Positions 1 to 7,778 of a stretch of 11,537 nt of DNA are shown here, piece by piece. Made by a program: the position numbers and the translations under genes. Below the pieces are notes generated by a model that was not told the DNA's origin, ran no database searches, and saw nothing but the letters and a program-made list of their open reading frames with translations. Numbering within the stretch: the first letter of the stretch is position 1; every line of letters starts with the position of its first letter. The stretch covers positions 1-11,537 of the forward strand of contig CAZVZC010000050.1 in assembly GCA_964631415.1 (NCBI GenBank), read 5' to 3'. Source of the DNA: an uncultured archaeon. GTDB lineage: Archaea; Asgardarchaeota; Thorarchaeia; Thorarchaeales; Thorarchaeaceae.

Positions 1-35
1 TTATCAGCTTCCACTTCGATGATATAACTGAGTAG
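1..35 (+). CDS. Possible 3' end of an upstream gene (…ISFHFDDITE*)
   Basis: Frame 3 is open from the window edge to TAG at 33-35, while the other + frames stop earlier. Only 10 codons are visible, so the product cannot be identified. Confidence 0.25.
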   Translation, partial: ISFHFDDITE

Positions 36-47
36 GGGCTGAAACCC

Positions 48-494
48 CGTCCACGAGAGGACTCTCTTGTGTCAGGAGGACTTGGGTGTGCTGGAGAGAA
101 GCAGCCGATGATTCTGGAAACTCCTGCCCGGACGATCGAGGGGTAGAAGCATAGAAGCCTGACACGAGGGTGGGCGATATCTGAATTGGCGTACTTCAAG
201 TCGCCCTCCACAAAAGACCACGAGTTCTTCCGCGCAATCACAACCGGACCGCCTAGTAGCTGTACAGTAGTAAGATGATTTCTTCGTGCTATCTCGGGTG
301 CAGAAGCTGCAAAGTGGAAAGCGTAGGGAAGCAGTCCGCGGCGCATCAGTCACACTTGGTTTTCTGAACACAACCATTGAAAACTTGGGCTCCCTTGGCG
401 AAACTGGCGTCAGGACTGTGGCTTCTGCCTTCCGGTGATGATTTAAGCCTCCGTCTGCAAGAAGCCGTGATTTCAGTTGTGGTACGCTTGGAGG
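48..494 (+). ncRNA. Candidate structured non-coding RNA/element of unknown family
   Basis: No convincing protein-like ORF. Hand-paired long-range helices: 64-76/158-170 (13 bp, 2 GU), 48-53/171-176, 300-311/417-428 (12 bp, 2 GU), 334-350/403-416 (interrupted) and 237-244/476-483. I recognise no family motif. Confidence 0.3.
442..447 (+). promoter_or_regulatory. Putative archaeal TATA box (TTTAAG) for the 500..841 gene
   Basis: TTTAAG starts 58 nt upstream of ATG 500, similar to other TATA-to-start spacings in this window. SD GGAGGTG at 490-496. Confidence 0.35.
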
Positions 495-499
495 TGTTC

Positions 500-841
500 A
501 TGATGGGTGGCGGAAAAGGAAGTCTAATTGCGGCTTCGTGTCCGTTGATGATCTTGCTCGGGGGTATGATTTACTTCTTTGTCATCGGCGATATGTTGCT
601 CGTACTAATGTGCGTTCTACTCATCTTTGCTATGTCAGGCCTTGTGTGCACGCCTCTTCTCAACGCAATAGAAGAAGTGCGTCCACCGAAGCCTGTGGAG
701 GCTGGGTTAGGGGTGGACTACGAGATGCCGCTTGAGTGCCCACACTGCAAGGGCGAGTACGTATACGGACTGAGGATAGGGCAGGTCCGTGTTATCTGCC
801 AGAATTGCAGCAAGGAATTTCTTCTTCCCAAACGGCCGTGA
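500..841 (+). CDS. Small membrane protein: two N-terminal TM helices and a C-terminal C4 zinc ribbon
   Basis: Strong SD GGAGGTG (490-496) before ATGATG at 500/503, so the ORF track's TTG 377 start is unlikely. Hydrophobic segments LMILLGGMIYFFVIG and MLLVLMCVLLIFAMSGLV; CPHC…CQNC motifs. Confidence 0.75.
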   Translation: MMGGGKGSLIAASCPLMILLGGMIYFFVIGDMLLVLMCVLLIFAMSGLVCTPLLNAIEEVRPPKPVEAGLGVDYEMPLECPHCKGEYVYGLRIGQVRVICQNCSKEFLLPKRP

Positions 842-876
842 ATGTGATAGCTTTCTTTAGGTCTACACTCCAATTC

Positions 877-989
877 TTCGCCTTACTCCCTTTACGGAGT
901 AAGTGCGGATTTCTCTGAATCAGAAGCTTAGGCTATTGCGTGGTGCTTTCCGGCTGATTCGAGAACAAAGATAAAAGGAAGGTATCTTT
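877..989 (+). promoter_or_regulatory. Three tandem inverted repeats upstream of the CoA-transferase genes
   Basis: CTTACTCC(882-889)/GGAGTAAG(896-903); TTCTC-T-GAATCAG(911-923)/CTGATTC-GAGAA(954-965); AAAGATA(967-973)/TATCTTT(983-989), the last overlapping the AT-rich GATAAAAG element. Confidence 0.4.
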
Positions 990-1032
990 CCGAGCTTCAG
1001 GACCCGATTGAGTATCCCAGAGGCAATAGGAT

Positions 1033-1947
1033 TTGACAGGGACGGAGATTGATGACAAGCGCATAACGCTTGAAGAAGCAGCCCGGCTGATTCCAGACAG
1101 GTCCGAGCTTTTTTGGGGCGGATTTGGGATGCAACGGGCACCAATCGCATTTGCTCGTGAACTCGTACGCCAGAAGAAGAGGGGCCTCACCATTTACACT
1201 TGTGGCTCGGAGGTCGACCTCGAGATAATGGTGGGTGCTGGTGTTGCCACGCGATTTGACATAGCATTCACAGCGATCGAGGCCCTCGGTCTTGCTAACA
1301 ACATGCGGAGGAGAGTGGCTGAGGGAAAGGCTCAGGTCGAAGACTATAGCAACCTCGCGATGGCTATGCGATTCATGGGCGGGGCGCTTAATGTCCCATT
1401 CATGCCGATAAGGAGTCTCATGGGAACAGACATGGTCCAGTACGCCAGATACAGGGGTGACAAGAAGCTGAAGGTGATAGACTGCCCTTTCACCGGGGAC
1501 AAGATATGTCTGGTCCCGTCAGCGAAACCCGACTTCAGCATTGTACATGTCCAGAGAGTTGACAGGACAGGCAATGCTCAGATCGACGGCATAGTCGGTG
1601 AGGACCTTGAGGGGGCTCGTTGTGGCAAGAAGCTGATTGTGCTTGCCGAGGAGCTGATTGACGTCGACGAAGTTCGGTCGCGGCCCGATCAGACGAAGAT
1701 ACCTGCGCTGTATGTCAGTCATGTTGTTGTGGCTCCGTTCATAGCCCATCCGGTGCAGTGCCACAACTACTATGACTATGACCTTGAGCATCTCATGATG
1801 TTCCACAAGATGACTAAGACTGAGGAAGGCTGGCAGGAGTACCTGAAGAGCTTCATACTTGATGTGGAGAACCACTACGAGTATCTGAACCATGTGGGCT
1901 GGGAGCATCTGATGAGTCTGAGGGCAAAGAAACCATGGGGGTACTGA
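1033..1947 (+). CDS. gctA: Family I CoA-transferase alpha subunit, glutaconate CoA-transferase (GctA)/CatI-like
   Basis: GGFG…RAPIAFARELVRQ N-terminus; EDYSNLAMAMRFMGGALNVPFMPIRSLMGTD; CPFTG…KPDFSIVHVQRVDRTGNAQI; AHP…YYDYD. Directly followed by the beta subunit. Substrate cannot be assigned from motifs. Confidence 0.88.
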   Translation: MTGTEIDDKRITLEEAARLIPDRSELFWGGFGMQRAPIAFARELVRQKKRGLTIYTCGSEVDLEIMVGAGVATRFDIAFTAIEALGLANNMRRRVAEGKAQVEDYSNLAMAMRFMGGALNVPFMPIRSLMGTDMVQYARYRGDKKLKVIDCPFTGDKICLVPSAKPDFSIVHVQRVDRTGNAQIDGIVGEDLEGARCGKKLIVLAEELIDVDEVRSRPDQTKIPALYVSHVVVAPFIAHPVQCHNYYDYDLEHLMMFHKMTKTEEGWQEYLKSFILDVENHYEYLNHVGWEHLMSLRAKKPWGY

Positions 1948-1959
1948 GGAGGTTCTAGT

Positions 1960-2733
1960 ATGGTCAAGTGCAGCAAAATCGAGTTTCTAGCGGCAGTGGC
2001 TTCCACTCACGTTCGTGACGGAGAGACTGTCTTTGGCGGTACCGGGCTTCCACTCCTCGCCTCGTTACTGGCAAAGGAAACTCACGCGCCCAACGCCAAC
2101 CTCATATCTGAGGCGGGGTTCATAGATGCGCGACCACGAAATGTTCCCCTCTCCGTTGCTGACTCGAGATACTATTACGGCTGCTCAGCATCGATAGGGC
2201 TCATTGAAACACTGGGCTTCATACTGCAGGCAGGCAGAGTGGATGTAGGTTTCCTAGGTGCAGCACAGATAGACGAGTATGGCAACCTGAACACTACGTA
2301 CATAGGCTCATTCGACAAGCCCAAAGTCAAGCTACCCGGTAGTGGCGGAGGCAACGACATCGCCTCATCAGCCAAGCGTTTCATAATCATCATGACCCAT
2401 GAGAAGAGGAAGTTCGTGAAGAAGTTGGACTACTTCACGAGCCCCGGTCATCTGGAGGGCCCCGGCTCAAGGAAGAAGTGGTCGATGGTTGGTGGTGGGC
2501 CAAGTGTGGTCATCACCGACAAGTGTCAATTCGACTTCGACCCAAAGACACTCAAGATCAGGCTGATGTCGGTGCACCCTGGTTTCACGGTCAAGGACAT
2601 ACTCGACGATGTCATGTTCGATGTCATAGTTCCCGACCGTGTTCCAACGACGAAGGAACCCACTCAGGAGCAGATCGATATAATGCACCGCCTAGACCCC
2701 AATGGAATCTACCTTGCCAAGGGCGGCGAGTAG
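1960..2733 (+). CDS. gctB: Family I CoA-transferase beta (catalytic) subunit, GctB/CatJ-like
   Basis: GTGLP; LISEAG carrying the catalytic Glu position; GFLGAAQIDEYGNLNTT; LPGSGGGNDIAS. SD GGAGGT at 1948-1953. Confidence 0.88.
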   Translation: MVKCSKIEFLAAVASTHVRDGETVFGGTGLPLLASLLAKETHAPNANLISEAGFIDARPRNVPLSVADSRYYYGCSASIGLIETLGFILQAGRVDVGFLGAAQIDEYGNLNTTYIGSFDKPKVKLPGSGGGNDIASSAKRFIIIMTHEKRKFVKKLDYFTSPGHLEGPGSRKKWSMVGGGPSVVITDKCQFDFDPKTLKIRLMSVHPGFTVKDILDDVMFDVIVPDRVPTTKEPTQEQIDIMHRLDPNGIYLAKGGE

Positions 2734-2742
2734 GTAACAACG

Positions 2743-3486
2743 TTGACAGACTTCAATCTGAGTGAGTTCGAGGCCATCATATTCGACCTCGACTCGACTC
2801 TTGTGGACACGAAGAGGTACCAACTGAAGGCGAGTGAGTGGACACTCTCTAGGTGTGTGCCCGAACCATCCGCGGTGCTTGAGACCTTTGTCAGAGAACT
2901 CCTCTGGACGTATTACTCAGACATTGACAAGGTTTTGAAGGGTGCGCCTTACAGGAGTCCATATGACATTGTCAGGGGTGCAATCCAGTCAAGTCTCAAA
3001 TCGCTCGGTGTCAAAGTGGGTCGCTCTTTTCTTGACGAGAGTACCGATTTCTTCAAGCGTTTACACATAGAGCTCTCGACGACATACCCTGGTGTTGAGT
3101 CCCTGCTTGAGCGTCTCAAGGCTAACGAAGTGAAGATGGGAGTGATTACGAACTCCTTCGATGGTCATGTTCGTGCCATCATAGAGAAGCTCGGGTTCTC
3201 GCGATTCTTCGATGTACTTGTAGAATCGGCTGATGTCAAAGCGTACAAGCCAATGCGCGAACCTTTTGAACACGCTCTGCGGGGACTGAAGATGCAGCCT
3301 GTCGACACACTCTATGTGGGTGATGAGTACTATGCAGACGTTGTTGGTGCATGGCATGTCGGTATGAAGGCTGTTTGGGTCAATGTGCGAGGTGTTTCGC
3401 TTGAGGAGTCTTTGGCCAAGTACGGAAGCGAGACTGCACCTGTGCTGGTCGTGAACTCAATGTCAGAACTCGCCGCTTTCCTGTAA
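2743..3486 (+). CDS. HAD-superfamily hydrolase, subfamily IA (helical cap)
   Basis: Motif I FDLDSTL (DxDxT), motif II ITNS, motif III YKP, motif IV VGDEYYADVVGA. TTG start 9 nt after the upstream stop. Confidence 0.9.
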   Translation: MTDFNLSEFEAIIFDLDSTLVDTKRYQLKASEWTLSRCVPEPSAVLETFVRELLWTYYSDIDKVLKGAPYRSPYDIVRGAIQSSLKSLGVKVGRSFLDESTDFFKRLHIELSTTYPGVESLLERLKANEVKMGVITNSFDGHVRAIIEKLGFSRFFDVLVESADVKAYKPMREPFEHALRGLKMQPVDTLYVGDEYYADVVGAWHVGMKAVWVNVRGVSLEESLAKYGSETAPVLVVNSMSELAAFL

Positions 3487-3569
3487 GGCAGCATATTCAT
3501 TATGTACCAAACACACATATTAGGGGTCTGAAGTTTCACAACGGCGACTGCCAAGGACTAGAGGAGTCG

Positions 3570-4025
3570 TTGCTGGACTTGAAGAAGGACACGGAGACCA
3601 ATGGCCCCCTGAGGGCTCGATCTGATTTGGTCGACATACTCCGACGAAATCCTAACACCGAGGCGATAGTCGCAGTCATCGAGAGTGAGCTCCGTGGCAT
3701 CAAAGACTCCAAGTCGCGGACTCGGATTTCCAGTGCGCTCTCAAAGGCTGGAAAGGGTTCCGCTGTTGGAAGGAAAGTAATCGACAATGTGCTGTTTTGG
3801 CTCACAGAAACATCCCCTGACGTCCGGCAGATGATCCTTGTGAGGACGATTGAGGACTTGTTGGCCAATCCTGGGTCTCGCGATGCAACGATTGCTGCTC
3901 TCACCAGGGTGTCTTCGGAAGACAACGTGAAGACAGTCATGGAATGGGCCAACCGCGGCATACTGACAATGAACCAAGCCGTGTACGTGCTCCTCTATCC
4001 AGACTCGACGACGACGCTAAGGTAA
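3570..4025 (+). CDS. Hypothetical soluble, probably all-alpha protein
   Basis: 151-codon ORF filling the gap, with SD-like GAGGAG at 3561-3566 and amphipathic helical patterning. No recognised motif. The start could be TTG 3579 instead. Confidence 0.7.
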   Translation: MLDLKKDTETNGPLRARSDLVDILRRNPNTEAIVAVIESELRGIKDSKSRTRISSALSKAGKGSAVGRKVIDNVLFWLTETSPDVRQMILVRTIEDLLANPGSRDATIAALTRVSSEDNVKTVMEWANRGILTMNQAVYVLLYPDSTTTLR

Positions 4026-4110
4026 GCGCCTATGTGCTCGTCATGGGTTTCCTGAAACTGGCTCCTGCATGTTTCATCAGTGACCTTGATTCTCATTGAG
4101 CCGGCAGATG

Positions 4111-4124
4111 GAAAGCCTTTATAT
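4111..4124 (+). promoter_or_regulatory. Archaeal BRE + TATA promoter of the mutase operon
   Basis: GAAAGCC-TTTATAT, with the TATA starting 54 nt upstream of TTG 4172. SD GAGGTG at 4161-4166. Confidence 0.6.
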
Positions 4125-4171
4125 CGCCACTCTGAAGCCCTGCATGAATATCACGAACCTGAGGTGGGCCC

Positions 4172-4573
4172 TTGAGTTCGCCGAAGAGAATCCGCGTACT
4201 TGTCGCCAAGCCCGGCCTTGATGGCCATGATCGTGGAGCCAAGGTTGTCGCGAGAGCGCTTCGCGATGCAGGGATGGAAGTGGTGTACACAGGTCTTCGA
4301 CAGACACCTGAAATGATTGTTGAAGCCGCAATACAGGAGAGTGTTCATGTGATAGGTCTGAGCATTCTCAGTGGTGCTCACAACGCTCTTCTTCCCAGAG
4401 TGACCGAACTTCTCCGCAAGGAGGGAGCTGATGATATCTTGGTGATTGCCGGCGGCATCATCCCTGAGGACGACGTACCCGGACTCAAGAAGCACGGAAT
4501 AGCCGAGGTCTTCGGCCCCGGCACAGCGTTGTCTGAGATTGTCGACTACATCAAGGCTCATGTCAAGCTCTAG
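4172..4573 (+). CDS. mcmA2: Methylmalonyl-CoA mutase, cobalamin-binding small subunit
   Basis: [30 protein letters not shown] (DxHxxG base-off/His-on motif), [20 protein letters not shown]. Confidence 0.95.
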   Translation: MSSPKRIRVLVAKPGLDGHDRGAKVVARALRDAGMEVVYTGLRQTPEMIVEAAIQESVHVIGLSILSGAHNALLPRVTELLRKEGADDILVIAGGIIPEDDVPGLKKHGIAEVFGPGTALSEIVDYIKAHVKL

Positions 4574-4597
4574 GACTGGCTTGCGAGGACGGACACA

Positions 4598-5584
4598 TTG
4601 TCAGCCATACAGTTGGTAGAGGGAGTGCTTCGCGGCAATAGGAGAGACCTAGCTCGCCTGATTTCCTTGATCGAAGACGAGGAGCCGTCGGTCGCTAATG
4701 CTCTGAGCCAGCTCTACAGGCACACAGGTCGTGCGCACATTGTCGGAATCACTGGTCCTCCCGGCTCAGGTAAAAGCACACTCGTCACGCGCATGATAAC
4801 CGAATATCGAGCTAGAAACAAGACGGTCGGGATTGTCTGTGTTGACCCCTCAAGTCCGTTTACTGGTGGAGCACTGTTGGGTGACCGGATTAGGATGCAG
4901 GAGCACGCACTGGACAAGGAAGTCTTCGTCCGAAGCATGGGAACGAGGGGCCACCTAGGAGGACTTGCGAGGGCGACTTCTGACGCTGTCCGTGCTATTG
5001 ATGCCTTTGGAAAAGACATTATCATCGTTGAAACCGTTGGTGCCGGTCAGTCAGAGGTGGAAGTCATCGACATTGCCCACACCATCTTGGTGGTTGATGT
5101 CCCGGGTGCTGGCGACGACATCCAGGCAATCAAGGCGGGAATCATGGAAATTGCTGACATATTCGTGGTCAACAAGTCTGACATGCTAGGTGCAGAGAGA
5201 AAAGTGACAGAGATCAACGCGATGCTTGACACTGACCCTCGAAATCGTGCTTGGCGTCCTCCGGTTCTCATGACCAATGCTCGGGCGGGAGAAGGAATCA
5301 CTGGCCTCGTAGATACTATTGATGCCCATCGCAGGCATCTCGTGGACACTGGGTTGCTCGCCGAGAAGGGTCTGCAGAGGAGTCGGGAAGAGCTGAAGAC
5401 CATAATGGAGCACAAGTTGACCACTGAGCTAATGGAGAAGCTGAAGGGTTTGCCGGAGTATGAGCACGCGATAAAGAAGATCGCAGACCGAAGCGATGAC
5501 CCGTATTCAGTTGCAGAGCGGCTTATCACACAGTTCCTGGCCGACTATGGACGGAGAGTAACAGAAAGTGAGCGGAAACGATGA
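4598..5584 (+). CDS. meaB: Mutase-associated GTPase metallochaperone MeaB/ArgK/MMAA
   Basis: P-loop [56 protein letters not shown]. Confidence 0.96.
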   Translation: MSAIQLVEGVLRGNRRDLARLISLIEDEEPSVANALSQLYRHTGRAHIVGITGPPGSGKSTLVTRMITEYRARNKTVGIVCVDPSSPFTGGALLGDRIRMQEHALDKEVFVRSMGTRGHLGGLARATSDAVRAIDAFGKDIIIVETVGAGQSEVEVIDIAHTILVVDVPGAGDDIQAIKAGIMEIADIFVVNKSDMLGAERKVTEINAMLDTDPRNRAWRPPVLMTNARAGEGITGLVDTIDAHRRHLVDTGLLAEKGLQRSREELKTIMEHKLTTELMEKLKGLPEYEHAIKKIADRSDDPYSVAERLITQFLADYGRRVTESERKR

Positions 5585-7238
5585 CACCGCGAAGGCCCTC
5601 AAACAATGGGAGGAGGGCTCTGTGTCCAAGACATTGACTAAGTTCCCAGAGCGAGAACTGAAGTTCGAGACCTTATCTGGTGTTCCAGTCAAGCGCCTAT
5701 ACACACCTCTCGACAGTGCCAGTCAGGATTACCAGAGATCGCTTGGATTCCCCGGAGAGTTTCCATTCACGCGTGGTGTCCAGACAACGATGTACAGGGG
5801 TCGGTTCTGGACGATGCGCCAGTATAGTGGTTACGGCACGGCTCGTGAAACAAACCGCCGATTTCGCTTTCTTCTTGAGCAAGGCCAGACGGGTCTCTCT
5901 GTGGCGTTTGATCTACCGACTCAGGTTGGCTATGACTCGGATCACCCCATGGCGCAAGGTGAGGTGGGCAAGGTCGGGGTGGCCATAGACACGATTGCCG
6001 ACATGGAGGTCCTCTTCGACTCTATCCCACTTGACAAAGTCAGCACGTCGATGACCATCAATGCCCCTGCCGCTGTGCTGCTCGCGATGTACATTGCCGT
6101 GGCAGAGAAGCAGGGCGTACAGATGAACAAGCTAAGGGGGACCATTCAGAACGACATTCTGAAGGAGTACGTCGCGCGTGGGACCTACATATATCCACCC
6201 GAGCCCTCTATGCGACTTATCACTGACACCTTCAGGTTCTGCTCCGAGAAGATGCCTCTCTGGAATACTATCTCCATCAGCGGGTATCATATCAGAGAGG
6301 CTGGTTCGACTGCAGCGCAAGAGGTGGCTTTCACCCTTGCCAATGGCATTGCATATGTCGAGGCGGCTGTGAAGGCAGGACTCGACATCGATTCGTTTGC
6401 GTCTCGGCTGTCCTTCTTCTTCGGTTCACACAGTGACTTCTTTGAGGAGATTGCCAAGTTCAGAGCAGCGCGGCGTCTCTGGGCGAAGATAATGAGGGAC
6501 CGTTTCAAGGCCAAGGACGATGAGTCGTGCAAGATGAGGTTTCACACTCAGACGGCAGGTTGTACACTGACAGCCCAGCAGCCTGACAACAATGTTGTGA
6601 GGGTCACTCTCCAAGCTCTCCAAGCCGTACTGGGAGGAACTCAGTCGCTCCATACCAACTCCAGGGATGAGGCGCTGTCACTGCCTACTGAACAGTCAGT
6701 CCAGATAGCCCTCCGCACACAGCAGATCATTGCTCATGAGTCCGGAGCAGGTGACACCATCGATCCTCTTGCCGGCTCGTACTATGTTGAATCCCTAACA
6801 GATGAAACCGAGCGGAGAGCGCAGGAGTACATCGAGAAGATTGACTTGATGGGTGGGGCCATTGCGGCGATTGAGGCCGGTTTCATGCAGCGCGAGATAC
6901 ATGACAGTGCCTACGAATATCAGAGGAGGGTCGATGCGGGCAAGAGGGTAGTTGTTGGTGTCAACATGTTCTCGGAGAAGGAGGACCGGAAGTTCGACTA
7001 CCTGAGAGTCAATCCTGACTTCGAGAAGGAGCAGGTGGCGCAGCTGAAGAAACTGCGAGAGAAGCGCGACCACGAGCTCTGGAAGGAAGCGATGAGAAAC
7101 CTGAGGGTGGCGGCACAAAGCGAGGTGAACCTAATGCCGCTCATCATCAGTGCGGTGAAGGCATTTGCCACGGTAGGTGAGATCTGTGGTGTCCTCCGCC
7201 AAGTCTGGGGAGAGTACAAGGCTCCAGACATAATGTGA
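5568..7238 (+). CDS. mcmA1: Methylmalonyl-CoA mutase, substrate-binding (TIM barrel) large subunit
   Basis: [18 protein letters not shown] (Tyr at the specificity position, as in MCM; ICM has Phe), [35 protein letters not shown]. No C-terminal B12 domain. The GTG start overlaps the meaB end by 17 nt. Confidence 0.95.
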   Translation: MSGNDDTAKALKQWEEGSVSKTLTKFPERELKFETLSGVPVKRLYTPLDSASQDYQRSLGFPGEFPFTRGVQTTMYRGRFWTMRQYSGYGTARETNRRFRFLLEQGQTGLSVAFDLPTQVGYDSDHPMAQGEVGKVGVAIDTIADMEVLFDSIPLDKVSTSMTINAPAAVLLAMYIAVAEKQGVQMNKLRGTIQNDILKEYVARGTYIYPPEPSMRLITDTFRFCSEKMPLWNTISISGYHIREAGSTAAQEVAFTLANGIAYVEAAVKAGLDIDSFASRLSFFFGSHSDFFEEIAKFRAARRLWAKIMRDRFKAKDDESCKMRFHTQTAGCTLTAQQPDNNVVRVTLQALQAVLGGTQSLHTNSRDEALSLPTEQSVQIALRTQQIIAHESGAGDTIDPLAGSYYVESLTDETERRAQEYIEKIDLMGGAIAAIEAGFMQREIHDSAYEYQRRVDAGKRVVVGVNMFSEKEDRKFDYLRVNPDFEKEQVAQLKKLREKRDHELWKEAMRNLRVAAQSEVNLMPLIISAVKAFATVGEICGVLRQVWGEYKAPDIM

Positions 7239-7251
7239 GAGGTGTTGATAC

Positions 7252-7653
7252 TTGATACAGAAGATAGACCATATTGGGATTGCAGTGACGAGCATCAAGG
7301 AAGCCCTTCCCTATTACAGGGACATACTGGGGCTAGAGTACACGGACACTCAGGAGGTGGCGGAGCAGAAAGTACGTGTGGCCTTTCTCAAGATTGGAGA
7401 GAGTCGCATTGAGCTACTGGAGCCCACAGGGCCTGACAGCCCTCTCGCCAAGTTTCTTGAGGCGCGCGGAGCAGGGCTACACCATATTGCTGTGAAGGTT
7501 TCTGACATTCAGGCATCACTATCAGATCACAAGATGGCGGGGTCAAAGCTCATTGATGATGAGCCACGCGTAGGCGCACATAATATGAAGATTGCATTCG
7601 TACATCCGAAGGCCACTTCAGGCGTCCTTCTGGAGCTGTGTCAAAGACCGTAA
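7252..7653 (+). CDS. mce: Methylmalonyl-CoA epimerase (VOC superfamily)
   Basis: IDHIGIAV, RIELLEP, GLHHIA, AFVHPK…GVLLELCQ. SD GAGGTG at 7239-7244 before TTG. Operon context. Confidence 0.95.
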   Translation: MIQKIDHIGIAVTSIKEALPYYRDILGLEYTDTQEVAEQKVRVAFLKIGESRIELLEPTGPDSPLAKFLEARGAGLHHIAVKVSDIQASLSDHKMAGSKLIDDEPRVGAHNMKIAFVHPKATSGVLLELCQRP

Positions 7654-7778
7654 CAAGCACATCGTCTGGATGCCAAGTCTTGTGTGGCGTATTCCGGGTT
7701 TTTGGACATAGGACGCCTGTCTTGCATCAGATTTATCTTGGTCAGATGCGAATAGGAATCGTTTTGGAGGTATGTAAC

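Noticed and set aside
33-60. TAGGGGCTGAAACCCCG loosely resembling the group IIC intron 5' region or a hammerhead core
   Set aside because: No GUGYG start, domain V or RT ORF, and CTGAGTA does not fit CUGANGA.
115-129. TGGAAACTCCTGCCC resembling archaeal RNase P RNA CR-I
   Set aside because: No matching CR-V (ACAGAA plus the P4 partner strand) or CR-IV downstream.
421-440. Minus-strand CCGGAAGGCAGAAGC resembling SRP RNA helix 8
   Set aside because: The conserved CAGG/AGCA symmetric loop is absent, and no Alu domain or helix 6 is recognisable.
36-494. Cobalamin riboswitch controlling the B12 mutase genes
   Set aside because: No B12-box or GGGAA-stem/T-loop consensus, and it is over 3.5 kb upstream of an operon with its own promoter.
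4040-4085. Minus-strand CTGATGA…GAAAC hammerhead-like cores
   Set aside because: Stem II does not close next to GAAA and stems I/III are poor. A simple TGAAAC/GTTTCA hairpin explains it.
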